Positions 1-9,834 are shown, numbered from the stretch's first letter. The stretch: DNA of 64,000 bases from a virus (IMGVR_UViG_3300007960_010163:1-64000), one strand, 5' to 3'. The notes: a model not told the origin generated them from the sequence alone. Translations and numbers: made by a program.

Positions 1-731
1 AAGGAAGGAGAAATATCAAGCCCAAAAGAAACCAAAACATTTTTAAAGTTATTCTGATGTAAGTTTAGGAGATCGCCTATACTCTCAACTAAAATAACAG
101 AACCCGCATCACTTATAGCTTCTTCAATTGGGAGCTTTTTACCATCAGGAACATAGTATGGATAAATCCATTTTGATTTTCTACCGATATGTTTCCATTT
201 TGCATCCTTTTCATTTGTCATATCGCGACCAGAAAAACCTATGATTTGAGAATGCTCATTATATATTGGGAAAACAAAACGTTGAAACATTTTTCCTTTC
301 GTAGCGTAACCACCTTTTAGAAACTCAAGGACATCAGATTCAATCCCTTTGTTATTGTAAAAGTCATAATGAGGAAAAAGGTCATCAAGTATAGATTCAT
401 CATAAACTTTTTCCATAACTATCCTGTCTTGTTGAGTAGAAGTTTTTTGAGAGGGGACGTAATCATATGTAAGGTACTTCCCTATAACGTTTTTGTCATT
501 AGTACCGAAATGAGTTTCAAGAAGCTTTGCAAAAGGCAGCGCGACTGTTCCTTGAACAAAATCCCTCCAGACACCAGAGTTCTTCCAAATCTGCAAAGCA
601 GTAGAATTATCACCATTCCTAAAAGCAGCATTTGAATGCCAATAAGCTCCACGGTCAGTAAGTCTATACCCAAGCTCTTCAAGAATCTCCTTGATTCTAT
701 CTGGAGAAAGATTATATTCCGAGGTCACCAT
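1..731 (-). CDS. dnaG: DnaG-type DNA primase (3' end beyond window)
   Basis: Not in ORF track; translated by hand from ATG at 731: MVTSEYNLSPDRIKEILEELGY...RFVFPIYNEHSQIIGFSGR...VILVESIGDLL (primase core and TOPRIM motifs); overlaps the end of the helicase gene; open to the window edge. Confidence 0.85.
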   Translation of the reverse strand, partial: MVTSEYNLSPDRIKEILEELGYRLTDRGAYWHSNAAFRNGDNSTALQIWKNSGVWRDFVQGTVALPFAKLLETHFGTNDKNVIGKYLTYDYVPSQKTSTQQDRIVMEKVYDESILDDLFPHYDFYNNKGIESDVLEFLKGGYATKGKMFQRFVFPIYNEHSQIIGFSGRDMTNEKDAKWKHIGRKSKWIYPYYVPDGKKLPIEEAISDAGSVILVESIGDLLNLHQNNFKNVLVSFGLDISPS

Positions 732-2298
732 CTTGATCAGGTAAAATATTATCTACCCCCATTTGTTGAGCCATGTCTCGCAAATCACCAACCTCTTCAA
801 CACCAAAGTTATCCATTCTTAGGAAGATACAATTTGGCTCAGCCCTATCATTCCCAACCGCTTCGCCATTCTCATCGATGGCTGGAATCAATACGGGTTC
901 AGTAGCTCGTAATCTATCCTCTCCTAAATGTCTAAACTTTACGCATTTAAGGCGATGTGTAGCCCTAGAATAACAGTCGGGCTCTATCTGAAGCTCGCGA
1001 GCCAACCTAGGTCGCAAAATAAAAAGATGAGAGGCAAACTGAGTAATTTGATCGGAAAGCGATACGATACTTTCATCTTCTACAATAGCGTCTGGATTTC
1101 TGTTGCCAGTAATACCAGTCCTATTACTTTGAACACTAGTCACCATACTAATCATAGGCTTATTGTCAAAGGTCACATCTCGTTGAACGAATTTTTTAAA
1201 CTTATCGACCATTTCACCAACCGCTTCCCAAGAACTTTTATTTTTATCGGTCTTTTCATTTGTGGTCTTAATATAGTCAAAGCTTAATATCATAGGATTG
1301 CCTCGACCTACCTTGGAGTAATAATGACGAGTTGCAACTTGTATCATTTCTTTAATTTCAAGGCCGCCAACATTAAAGTATTCAAAAGACATGTTTTTCA
1401 TTTCTTTAATGGCGTTATAAATTTTTGATCTAGTTTCCTCGACAGAAATTTCTTTGCCCGTTAGTGGCTCTATATAGCTAGAGTCTTTCCATTTTCCGCT
1501 TTCGATTAGATACATGGGAACTCCAGATAGAGCGGAGGCTTGTCTCATTTGAAGCTCTAGCTTGCTCATTTCACCATTATCAAAATGTAAAACAGGGACA
1601 TGATCATGAGCACTAGATATTTTTGTTACAAAATCCAAGCAAAAAGTAGTTTTACCAACCCCTGTTCTAGCGCATATAACAGAAATATTTCCGGGCCTCA
1701 CCAAGGATCCATAACACCTATTTAAATAAGGCATATGTGGCGCTAACATACCGGGGTCTCGAGGATTCTCAGCCAAATCTTCAAGCACCTCTTCTATATC
1801 GTCGTAGATATTTTCAGGGCCAATATTCTCGTGAGAATAAAAATCAATCTTGTCGTTATATTTAGTATCGGCTAGCTTGACTACTTCAGGTAATGACAAT
1901 CCTTGGCATTTAACCATGTCATCCTTGATTTCATCACAGGTATCAATTATGGACCTTCTTAAAGAAAAAGTTTTTAATTCTTTTGCTATAATTAAAACAG
2001 ATTTTTCTGAAACCTTTTTCAATAACAAACTTTTAATGTAATCCCCTATATCAATATTATCAATAAAAGATACATTGGCAGATCTTAATCGCTCAATTAA
2101 AACAACTTCATCTAAGGCTTCCGTGGGGCCAGAGTCCTGTATTTTTTTGATGATCTTAAAAATAGTCCTATGCACATAGCTGCCATGAGCAATAGAGAAA
2201 TCGCTTTCATCTATTAATCCAGCAACTTCACCATATGAAGCAGGAAACTTTATAAGGACAGACAATAATTGCCTTTCCAACTCTTTTGAGTCAATCAT
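712..2298 (-). CDS. dnaB: Replicative DnaB-like helicase
   Basis: N-terminal DnaB domain (ELERQLLSVL..HRTIF), Walker A ARTGVGKT, GEMS, FDYI Walker B, SVQSNR. Confidence 0.92.
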   Translation of the reverse strand: MIDSKELERQLLSVLIKFPASYGEVAGLIDESDFSIAHGSYVHRTIFKIIKKIQDSGPTEALDEVVLIERLRSANVSFIDNIDIGDYIKSLLLKKVSEKSVLIIAKELKTFSLRRSIIDTCDEIKDDMVKCQGLSLPEVVKLADTKYNDKIDFYSHENIGPENIYDDIEEVLEDLAENPRDPGMLAPHMPYLNRCYGSLVRPGNISVICARTGVGKTTFCLDFVTKISSAHDHVPVLHFDNGEMSKLELQMRQASALSGVPMYLIESGKWKDSSYIEPLTGKEISVEETRSKIYNAIKEMKNMSFEYFNVGGLEIKEMIQVATRHYYSKVGRGNPMILSFDYIKTTNEKTDKNKSSWEAVGEMVDKFKKFVQRDVTFDNKPMISMVTSVQSNRTGITGNRNPDAIVEDESIVSLSDQITQFASHLFILRPRLARELQIEPDCYSRATHRLKCVKFRHLGEDRLRATEPVLIPAIDENGEAVGNDRAEPNCIFLRMDNFGVEEVGDLRDMAQQMGVDNILPDQDGDLGI

Positions 2299-2306
2299 GA
2301 AGCGTT

Positions 2307-2335
2307 ATGTTAACAAAAAAAAATTGAAATGTCAA
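2307..2335 (-). promoter_or_regulatory. sigma70-like promoter for dnaB (TTGACA-17-TAACAT)
   Basis: -35 at 2335-2330, -10 at 2312-2307, 8 nt before the ATG. Confidence 0.65.
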
Positions 2336-2343
2336 GAACTTTA

Positions 2344-2616
2344 TTAGAGAGGATTATCTCCATCCCTATTGTTATTGAACATTTCAGATTCTTCGGATTC
2401 GATAATGTATTTCTCAATCGCTTTACGCAAGCCCATTTCAATGATTTGATTATCCGCTTTGGTATAAATCATGGGAGAGCCCTCTTGATTCACATAAGCC
2501 AATAAAAAACCTCTATTGCCATCTGTTGAGCCAGAAAACTCAAATAATTGATTGAGAAAAGATTCTGGAAGAACAAAAGAAGGAAAACCTTCTTCATCAA
2601 AATTATCTTCGTCCAT
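2344..2616 (-). CDS. Hypothetical acidic protein
   Basis: 90-aa ORF in the replication operon, preceded by an AGTGTA motif. Confidence 0.75.
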   Translation of the reverse strand: MDEDNFDEEGFPSFVLPESFLNQLFEFSGSTDGNRGFLLAYVNQEGSPMIYTKADNQIIEMGLRKAIEKYIIESEESEMFNNNRDGDNPL

Positions 2617-2634
2617 TAATATATATTACACTTT

Positions 2635-3042
2635 TTACAGGTAAATTCCTAACTCTTCGAACTTTTTTTTATCAAGCTCTGATTCGGAGTATATTTCTAC
2701 AAGCTTAATTTCATTCAATTCACAGAAATCAATTTTTTGCTGATCCCTTCGTATTTGACTAACGAAATTAGACCTGCGCTTATGAAAAAAGGGAACGTAT
2801 TTAACATGCTGTTGACCGTTAACTTCTATAGCGATTTTTTTATTAGCGTTATAAAAATCAAATTTTAATCTAGTTCCAGCAACAGGGAACTCCTCAAATA
2901 CAACATGGTTTTTCCAATACTGTTTAAGGAATTGCTTGGCGTTATATTGGATCTTGCTTTTGCTCGCTTTGTCCCAATCAATAATATATTTATTGGCTCT
3001 TGTTACTCTTTTAGTTGAGCCACTAAGTGTTTGAAAAAGCAT
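2635..3042 (-). CDS. PD-(D/E)xK endonuclease-like protein (DUF559/Vsr-like)
   Basis: EEFPV..RLKFDFY..IAIEVNGQQH..RRDQQKIDFC..IKLVEI; start adjusted to MLFQ. Confidence 0.75.
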   Translation of the reverse strand: MLFQTLSGSTKRVTRANKYIIDWDKASKSKIQYNAKQFLKQYWKNHVVFEEFPVAGTRLKFDFYNANKKIAIEVNGQQHVKYVPFFHKRRSNFVSQIRRDQQKIDFCELNEIKLVEIYSESELDKKKFEELGIYL

Positions 3043-3043
3043 C

Positions 3044-4141
3044 TTATTCGCAAACAATCTTCTTAAAATAAGAAGTTAAGAAATTAGTTAGCTTTTGGTC
3101 TTCTTCAAATAAATTACTGAGCTTGGCTTCGCCTTGAACTTTTTCGGGAAAATCCAAACCATTCTCTTTTAGTAACTCAAGGAATGATTCATCTGCGCTA
3201 ATCCAAGCACCTCGTTTGTGAACATATTCCCATCCATAAAGCATTTCTATTAACTCTTTCTCAACCCAAACAGAATTTCCGCCAGTTCTTCCGTAGCGAA
3301 TGGGATATTGAAGGGTATAGTTAGTCTTCTCGTTGGGTGATTTTTTTACTGTGATCTTAGCGAAATGACCAAGAATTTTGTTTTTATCTTTATCAACTGG
3401 TTGAGTTTGATTTTCTAGAATCAAATCTTTCTTATGCCTAGCTTCAAACTCAAGAATATAATTAGCAAAGTGAAGAAGTGCGTTACCCCCTGTTGCGCTA
3501 GTTTGTCTAATAGGAGCCTTGGTATATGGATCAAGTTTAATATCAGCGCGCACTTGAGAAATAAATATTGCCATGTGTCCACGCTTTGCTAGAGCGATAC
3601 TCATCTTTTGCATAAATTTTGCACCAAGAAGAGCGCCGCCAGCAACTTTATGAGCGTCTTGAAAATCTTTTTTCATGTCCTCCTTCATGATCAAACCATC
3701 AAGAGAATCTAGAATGAAACAGTATTTAGTTTTATTTTCATTGTCTCCCACTAAAGCTCTCATCAAATCCAAAACAGTCTCGTAAATATTACTTTCAAAA
3801 ACAAAACAATTACCATCTTTCCAATCGTCTTCAGCGGTAGCAAATTCAACCCCACTACGCTCTTGCATTTCTTTTGAAAGCCTACCTTCAGCTTTAATAT
3901 ACAAGCCTCTAGAATTGGGCATCTTTAGAAAGTTCTTCATGACTTCTAGAGCTTCAGAAGTCTTGCCTCCTTCGTTCATCCCAACGAACCTATGTAGTCC
4001 GGGGCCAAATCCTCCTCCAAGTTCGAAATCTACATTCAAGCTTCCGCTAGAAACTTTATAATCAATTTCATCTTCGAAGTTATAGTGATGTTCCTTATTC
4101 TCTTTAAGGAACGATTTTAACATGTCATTAGCTGTACTCAT
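3044..4141 (-). CDS. recA: RecA/UvsX-like recombinase
   Basis: SSGSLNVDFELGGG, P-loop GMNEGGKTS, ILDSLDGL, FISQVR, TGGNALLHFA. Confidence 0.88.
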   Translation of the reverse strand: MSTANDMLKSFLKENKEHHYNFEDEIDYKVSSGSLNVDFELGGGFGPGLHRFVGMNEGGKTSEALEVMKNFLKMPNSRGLYIKAEGRLSKEMQERSGVEFATAEDDWKDGNCFVFESNIYETVLDLMRALVGDNENKTKYCFILDSLDGLIMKEDMKKDFQDAHKVAGGALLGAKFMQKMSIALAKRGHMAIFISQVRADIKLDPYTKAPIRQTSATGGNALLHFANYILEFEARHKKDLILENQTQPVDKDKNKILGHFAKITVKKSPNEKTNYTLQYPIRYGRTGGNSVWVEKELIEMLYGWEYVHKRGAWISADESFLELLKENGLDFPEKVQGEAKLSNLFEEDQKLTNFLTSYFKKIVCE

Positions 4142-4143
4142 AA

Positions 4144-4692
4144 TCAATAATAGTCCCAGATGTTTTTCTTCTTTTTCTCTCTGGGCTCTCTTTTTTCGGG
4201 TTTATAATCGTAATTAAACTTAGTATATCCATCTTTTGCCGTAAAGTCAATAAATTTTTTATGCAAATTTTGTTCAGCCTTTCCAATATATAAAAGAATA
4301 TCGTCTCTAGGTTCTCCGAAATCTACGTTTAACCAAAAATCTATATTAGGATACTTTTTAAATAACCTTTTTAATATCTTGAATTGTTTAGCGTAGCAAT
4401 AGCTATTAGTTAGACATTTTTTAGTGACTAATTTTCTAAGTATTTTAGAAGAGTTTTGAGAAAACGCAAAGCTGTTCACGAAATCGTAAACAACGGATTC
4501 TTTCAACGGCTCGGAATCTTCTGTCTTCGAATAACCAGCTTCCCATTTGCCAGACTTTAAATTTCGATACCAATTATATACAGTAGTATGATTATAACCT
4601 AGTTTTTTGGAACAGTCCTTAATTGATAAAGAAGGATCTTGCTTGGAACAACCTAGCATATCAATTAAAATTTGATTCGAAATCTTTTGCAC
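4144..4692 (-). CDS. Hypothetical protein with N-terminal helix-turn-helix
   Basis: SIKDCSKKLGYNHTTVYNW HTH; in-frame GTG at 4692 lies 7 nt after a TTGACT-17-TAATCT promoter (the ORF-track TTG start is the -35 box). Confidence 0.65.
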   Translation of the reverse strand: MQKISNQILIDMLGCSKQDPSLSIKDCSKKLGYNHTTVYNWYRNLKSGKWEAGYSKTEDSEPLKESVVYDFVNSFAFSQNSSKILRKLVTKKCLTNSYCYAKQFKILKRLFKKYPNIDFWLNVDFGEPRDDILLYIGKAEQNLHKKFIDFTAKDGYTKFNYDYKPEKREPREKKKKNIWDYY

Positions 4693-4761
4693 AAAAAAAA
4701 GATTAACATATTTATAAGAAAAAGTCAAGGATTATTATTATAATAGTGTATTAATATAAAT

Positions 4762-5565
4762 ATGAAACGAAAGATTCTTATTATGGGTTTGCCCGGTTCT
4801 GGGAAAACTACACTTGCTGAAAAGCTTGTGTCTAAGTTGAACGCCGCTTGGTTTAATGCTGATGCCGTAAGACAAGACATTTATTCCGAATTGGGATTTT
4901 CCCCAGAGGATAGACTCGCTCACGCAACTCGAATGGGTAAACTTTGCGACTGGGCAAAACTGGGAGGCTCATATGTCATAGCTGACTTTGTATGCCCAAC
5001 CAAAGAAACAAGGGAAGCTTTTGGCGCTGACTTTACCATATGGGTTGATAGAATTGAAGAAGGTAGATACGAAGATACCAACAAAATGTTTCAAAAACCA
5101 GAAGGGTATGATATTAAGCTAAAAGAAGGAACACCAGACGAATGGTGCGCAAAGGTTGTTGAGAAGCTTAATGAAACTGAAGCTTGGGATAATCAAGCGC
5201 CAACCGCCCTTTTAATAGGAAGATATCAACCTTTTCATATTGGCCATAAAAGTTTAGTTGCCGAAGCGATCAGAAGAACTGGGCAATGCTGCATTGCTTT
5301 GAGAGACGTTGGAGGAATAGACGAAAAGAACCCTTACGATTTCGAGCAAGTCAAAAAAGAAATCGAAGCAGCTTGCATTGAATTTGGAAATAAAATCAAA
5401 GTTGTAGAACTTCCTAATATTATGGACGTATTCTATGGAAGAGGAGTAGGATACAATATAGAGCAACTCGAGCTTAGCAAAGAGCTCCAAGAAGTCTCCG
5501 CTACAAAAATTCGCGCTGGAGAAATCGGGCAAGATGGAAAACCTTTAGGTAAAAGACCTGAATAA
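4762..5565 (+). CDS. cysC: Adenylylsulfate kinase fused to a HIGH-motif nucleotidyltransferase domain
   Basis: N-terminal GLPGSGKTT, NADAVR, LGFSPEDR, ADFVCP (CysC); C-terminal GRYQPFHIGH and SATKIR (NMNAT/cytidylyltransferase-like). Confidence 0.85.
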   Translation: MKRKILIMGLPGSGKTTLAEKLVSKLNAAWFNADAVRQDIYSELGFSPEDRLAHATRMGKLCDWAKLGGSYVIADFVCPTKETREAFGADFTIWVDRIEEGRYEDTNKMFQKPEGYDIKLKEGTPDEWCAKVVEKLNETEAWDNQAPTALLIGRYQPFHIGHKSLVAEAIRRTGQCCIALRDVGGIDEKNPYDFEQVKKEIEAACIEFGNKIKVVELPNIMDVFYGRGVGYNIEQLELSKELQEVSATKIRAGEIGQDGKPLGKRPE

Positions 5566-5593
5566 TTTATACCGTTAGTAAAACTAACCCTCC

Positions 5594-5633
5594 AAAAGAA
5601 AAAGCCCCCTAGCAATAGGGGGCTTATTTTTTT
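5594..5633. terminator. Bidirectional rho-independent terminator
   Basis: 10-bp stem AAGCCCCCTA-GCAA-TAGGGGGCTT flanked by A-run and T-run, between convergent genes. Confidence 0.88.
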
Positions 5634-5663
5634 GCGGATTTAATCGCCTGTACAGTACATGAT

Positions 5664-5948
5664 TTAATTCTTTTTGTCAAGCTTGGAACGAATTTTTTTA
5701 ATGGCGCTAGGAAGCAAACGGGGCTTGCAAGACAAAAAACATCCACCTATAATAAAAAGACTAATAAATAAAAAGGGTTTCCATGCAGGACTATCCTTTG
5801 ACACATGAATAGGAGATTCTTTCTCTTCTATTCGCTGAGCAACTTCAATCTTTTCTTCTAAGGTTTTGGGTTTGTATCCTGTATTAATTGAATGCTGAGT
5901 TGGCGAACAAGAAAGCAAGAAGAAGCATATTATCAATATGTTTTTCAT
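5664..5948 (-). CDS. Small putative lipoprotein with C-terminal transmembrane helix
   Basis: [14 protein letters not shown] lipobox-like signal; hydrophobic [14 protein letters not shown] followed by a basic tail. Confidence 0.6.
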   Translation of the reverse strand: MKNILIICFFLLSCSPTQHSINTGYKPKTLEEKIEVAQRIEEKESPIHVSKDSPAWKPFLFISLFIIGGCFLSCKPRLLPSAIKKIRSKLDKKN

Positions 5949-7252
5949 GTAGACTTAATTCTAAGCACATTGGTTTCTGTTATGTCCTCAGGGCCTTGAG
6001 TCTTCTCAGGCTCAGGCTCAGGCTCTGGTTCAGGCTCTGGTTCAGGCTCTGGTTCAGGCTCTGGTTCAGGCTCGGGCTCTGGTTCGGGCTCTGGTTCGGG
6101 ATCAGGCTCAGGTTCGGGATCAGGCTCAGGTTCTGGATCAGGTTTCGGAGGTAAGAATTTAGGCTTTACTCGATCAACAATATTTTCATATGGTTTTTGG
6201 CGCCGCATTTTAAAACTAGAATTTGCAGCAAGCAACATGACCACAGCAAGGGGATCAAATACAAAAACCAAAATCAGTATAACAATTCTTACAGCCTCGG
6301 ACAAATCAACAGACTCAGCGCCGAAGTCTTCAAATAGTTCGGCAACATATTTAACTGGGCCAACTTCAGCTTCAAGATTTAATTGAGAATTTTTATACTC
6401 AAATTTTTCAGCTTCCATTTGATCTATTCTTTCATAAGCTGATTTAATGTTTTTATTGAACTCTTCTTTTTTAGCTGATATATCCTCTTTAGAATAAGTG
6501 TTGTCTTGTCTTTCGTTAATACGAGATCTAATTTTATCAACTTCAGTTTGAGTTGATTCACGCATTTTGGATATTCTAGATTCTGCGCTCTCTATCTTTG
6601 TTTTTATACTATCTCTTTCGGGCTTTTGTTTTACAGCAAGCTCTTCGAGCTTTTTCTTTTTACTGCCAAATAGACCGCCAGAGGCACTATTCAGTAAGGC
6701 GACTTCTTCATCAAGAGCCTGTATTCTTGAGGTTAGACGACCAATCTCGTCATTATCAAGCTTCATGTTTTTATCTAAAGATACATATAAAGCATCGATC
6801 TTCTTTTGTTCAAGCTCAATATTATAAGCATTGCTCTCAGTAGAATCTTCTTTTTCAACAGATAATTGATTGATATATTCGTTCTGCCTAGTTATATATT
6901 CGTTCTCTCTGCTGATTTTATTATCTAATTGAGACATTAAGATAGCATTCTCTTCGGCGTTTTTCTGATGTTCAATATGGGACTTACTAAGAAAGCCGAA
7001 AATACCCATACTCGTTATAAATATGAGAACAACTACGGCAGAAGTCAGGTATATCTTTAAGCTTTTAGAAGCAACCTTCCAATTGTGATGAAGCCAACTT
7101 GCAGATACAAGCTTACCAACCTCTAAAACACCACCCATGATCACAATAGACCAAAAAGCAGCAGGAAACATCGTTGTCAATCCGATAATGCTAAAATATG
7201 CAGAGACGCATGATATGCTCAATGCAGAAAGCAGGATCAAATAAGAGATCAT
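5945..7252 (-). CDS. Membrane protein with long coiled coil and Pro-Glu tail
   Basis: Three N-terminal TM segments, long heptad-rich region, [17 protein letters not shown], (PE)n tail; ATGA overlap with upstream gene supports start at 7252. Confidence 0.8.
   Translation of the reverse strand: MISYLILLSALSISCVSAYFSIIGLTTMFPAAFWSIVIMGGVLEVGKLVSASWLHHNWKVASKSLKIYLTSAVVVLIFITSMGIFGFLSKSHIEHQKNAEENAILMSQLDNKISRENEYITRQNEYINQLSVEKEDSTESNAYNIELEQKKIDALYVSLDKNMKLDNDEIGRLTSRIQALDEEVALLNSASGGLFGSKKKKLEELAVKQKPERDSIKTKIESAESRISKMRESTQTEVDKIRSRINERQDNTYSKEDISAKKEEFNKNIKSAYERIDQMEAEKFEYKNSQLNLEAEVGPVKYVAELFEDFGAESVDLSEAVRIVILILVFVFDPLAVVMLLAANSSFKMRRQKPYENIVDRVKPKFLPPKPDPEPEPDPEPEPDPEPEPEPEPEPEPEPEPEPEPEPEPEPEPEPEKTQGPEDITETNVLRIKST
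6005..6145 (-). repeat. Hexanucleotide-period tandem repeat encoding (PE/PD)n
   Basis: CCTGAG/CCAGAG/CCTGAA/CCTGAT-type units giving [14 protein letters not shown]... Confidence 0.9.
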
Positions 7253-7401
7253 GACTTCTTTTTCTTCTTGTCGTATTGGGAATAGCAAACCGCAGCGCGC
7301 TGTTTAGCGTCTGGGAATTCTTTACGAGCCGTAGGATCACTCATGCAGCGAGAAATAAACTTTCCACGCTTCTCGTCTTTTGATTTTTCGGGTAATGGCA
7401 T
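7249..7401 (-). CDS. Small conserved phage protein
   Basis: [37 protein letters not shown]; AGTGTA motif 9 nt upstream of ATG 7401. Confidence 0.7.
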   Translation of the reverse strand: MPLPEKSKDEKRGKFISRCMSDPTARKEFPDAKQRAAVCYSQYDKKKKKS

Positions 7402-7457
7402 AAAAATATATACACTTTGATCTTGACAATACCTCAAAAAACTGTCATATTATGGTT

Positions 7458-8513
7458 ATGAAACTTATAAAATATCTAATCTTTCTCCCCGTTTTCGCCC
7501 TTGCCGATACTCTTTCTCCACAAGAGATAGATAAATTGGTGGAGCATGCTTTTTATTCGGATAATGGATATAATTCCAAGAACTTTTCAAGATGGAATAA
7601 GCCAATTCACTTGTTCGTTAACCCATTTTGGAATGGGGTAAGTGCTGATCGTACGGAGCCAACAAGAAAAGAATTAGATGAAATCCAAAAAGTCACTGAC
7701 GACATCACTCAATTAACAGGAATTCAATATATTATTCATGAAGAACCACTTACTCTTGAGGAAGTAAGGTCTTATGTTATGAATAATCCAAAAGTAGGAT
7801 CTATTCAAATGTACTTTGTTCCACACAATAGATACATAAGTAGCGGAATGCAAGCAGAAGCATCATTTTCAAGAAATTCTGCAAAGATTAAAATCAATAC
7901 TTATTACAGAAAATCCAATGGACAAGATTTAGAATTTGTTCTCCATAATATTAGAGAAGAATTGACGAACATAATTGGATTACCCGGAGATACATATAGT
8001 AGAGTTGATAAATTTTCAGCATTAGAAGGCGTAGCAGAGCATTTTGCGCATGAGTTCAGCTTGATGGATAGAAGGAACATTTACGCCTACTACGCAATGG
8101 ACAAGGGAAGTGGGCATGAATATCCCCCAAGTTATACAGAGGCAGAATTTCGCGAAAGAATTGCGAAGGTCGAGATTGATGACGAAATCGTAAACGGTGG
8201 AAGGTTTGAGGGAATGGTCGATCCAGAATTCACTGACTTTGAAATACTTCATGGTACAGCTAGCAAATCAGAAACGAACAAGCATTCTGAACCAACGCCT
8301 GAACCAGAAGAACAAACGAAGGAAGAAGTACAAGAAAAAGCCGAACAAGCTGCTCTAGACGCAGATTGGCTTTACTTTAAGCATTACCCTTGGGTCTACT
8401 CAAGCAAGACGGGTTCTTGGTACTACCTCGTCCCTAGAAACGAAGGAATGATCGTCTGGAGCCAATTGTCAAACAAATGGCAAATGATGTCAGAGGCCTT
8501 TGGGACCAATTAA
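7458..8513 (+). CDS. Secreted protein, DUF2927-like domain plus C-terminal Trp/Tyr-rich motif
   Basis: Signal peptide MKLIKYLIFLPVFALA; IREELTNIIGLPGD; C-terminal WLYFKHYPWVYSSKTGSWYYL; TTGACA-17-CATATT promoter 6 nt before ATG. Confidence 0.6.
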   Translation: MKLIKYLIFLPVFALADTLSPQEIDKLVEHAFYSDNGYNSKNFSRWNKPIHLFVNPFWNGVSADRTEPTRKELDEIQKVTDDITQLTGIQYIIHEEPLTLEEVRSYVMNNPKVGSIQMYFVPHNRYISSGMQAEASFSRNSAKIKINTYYRKSNGQDLEFVLHNIREELTNIIGLPGDTYSRVDKFSALEGVAEHFAHEFSLMDRRNIYAYYAMDKGSGHEYPPSYTEAEFRERIAKVEIDDEIVNGGRFEGMVDPEFTDFEILHGTASKSETNKHSEPTPEPEEQTKEEVQEKAEQAALDADWLYFKHYPWVYSSKTGSWYYLVPRNEGMIVWSQLSNKWQMMSEAFGTN

Positions 8514-9833
8514 AGCCTTAAGTTCGTCAATTTGTTTTTGCTGATCTTTGATGCATTCAATCAAAAGAGGAATCATCTTTTCATAACGAACAGCTAACAT
8601 ATCATCTTCGCGGGTAGTAACGGCTTCAGGAAGGACTTTTTGAACGTCTTGGGCTATAACACCTATATCGTGACCCTTAAGATGATCATAGGCGTCTGCT
8701 GACCAATCAAATTCAACACCGTTTAATTGATTGATTTTCTCAATTGGGTCAGAGATATTGGTGATGTTTTCTTTAAGACGCTCATCAGAAGAAGCGTAAG
8801 CAACAACATCTCCGTTAGCGCTAAGAGTAAAAGTGACTTTATTATAAGTTAAACCAGCATTACCGCCAAAATTCCCACCATCATTAAATTGAACATGAGT
8901 ATTTAAACCGCCGGGACTAACAGTGGTTGGCTGAAGGCTTTCCCAATAATTATTTGCGCTATTATACGTAAGAACATCACCATCATTAAATACATCACCA
9001 GTATTATAGGGTATACCAACAATAGTACCAGTAAAATACTCGCAAGTTTTAGTAGCGGCGCAATCTAATTTTTCCCAACCTGCGCCTAAATCAATATATC
9101 CAGTTTCAGTATAAGTGGCGCCAGCAACATGAAGCAAGCCATTTGGATTATTCGTTCCTATACCAACTTCGCCGTCATCGTTAATTCTCATTGACGGCTG
9201 GCTTAATGGCTTGGTAGCAAAGACCATGTCACCACCATTATTGTTGCTATTGTTAGTAAACCTTAATTCATCATTAGTATTTAACCAAATTGTAGCGCGA
9301 GTTTGACCACCAGTATCTTCCCATTGAAGTCTGCCGTCGTTTTCAAGATAAATATTTCCAGTAGTATATAAACTTTTAAGTTTTAAGTCTTGGTAACTGT
9401 CAATTACTACGTTACCAAGCGTGGTACCATCATCGTTGGTTGAAACTAAAGCGAATTGATCGGCACTTTCATCCCACATGTTTGCGATATTTACCGTGCC
9501 ATTACCACGATCCCCAACCCAGCCAATATCATATGTATTTGGGTTAGAGACTCCGCTATTTAACATGATTAATGGATCGCCAATAAATAAATCTTGCGCA
9601 TGTTCAATATATTGAACACCAGTAACAGTAAGATTTTTAATGATTACATGATCAACAAAACTCTTTGTACCAGAAATAGTTTGATCGCCAGAAGTTCTTA
9701 CTACTGTATCATCTACTGCAATAGTAGCATTTGCAGTACCATTAAATGTAAAATCTACGATTCCCCCGCCATCTTCTAAAGTGCTTAACGCTCCAGCACC
9801 GGGCCTAATCGGGTATATATTACATTGACTCAT
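8490..9833 (-). CDS. Tail fibre/spike with C-terminal peptidase S74 intramolecular chaperone
   Basis: VRTSGDQTISGTKSF, VGIGTNNPNGLLHV, HVQFNDGGNFGG, SSDERLKENI..GVIAQDVQKVLPEAV..coiled coil. Confidence 0.85.
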   Translation of the reverse strand: MSQCNIYPIRPGAGALSTLEDGGGIVDFTFNGTANATIAVDDTVVRTSGDQTISGTKSFVDHVIIKNLTVTGVQYIEHAQDLFIGDPLIMLNSGVSNPNTYDIGWVGDRGNGTVNIANMWDESADQFALVSTNDDGTTLGNVVIDSYQDLKLKSLYTTGNIYLENDGRLQWEDTGGQTRATIWLNTNDELRFTNNSNNNGGDMVFATKPLSQPSMRINDDGEVGIGTNNPNGLLHVAGATYTETGYIDLGAGWEKLDCAATKTCEYFTGTIVGIPYNTGDVFNDGDVLTYNSANNYWESLQPTTVSPGGLNTHVQFNDGGNFGGNAGLTYNKVTFTLSANGDVVAYASSDERLKENITNISDPIEKINQLNGVEFDWSADAYDHLKGHDIGVIAQDVQKVLPEAVTTREDDMLAVRYEKMIPLLIECIKDQQKQIDELKALIGPKGL

Positions 9834-9834
9834 T

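Noticed and set aside
369-905. Short ORF-track calls at the left edge
   Set aside because: Overlap the hand-translated primase and the helicase, which carry clear motifs
4693-4728. ORF-track N-terminal extension starting at TTG (likewise 56004 and 61107)
   Set aside because: These extensions run through promoter boxes; downstream ATG/GTG starts fit better
6005-6145. Repeat array as possible CRISPR
   Set aside because: 6-nt period, no spacers, lies in frame within a CDS
5888-6154. Plus-strand ORF with LRLWFR repeats
   Set aside because: Antisense shadow of the (PE)n-coding repeat
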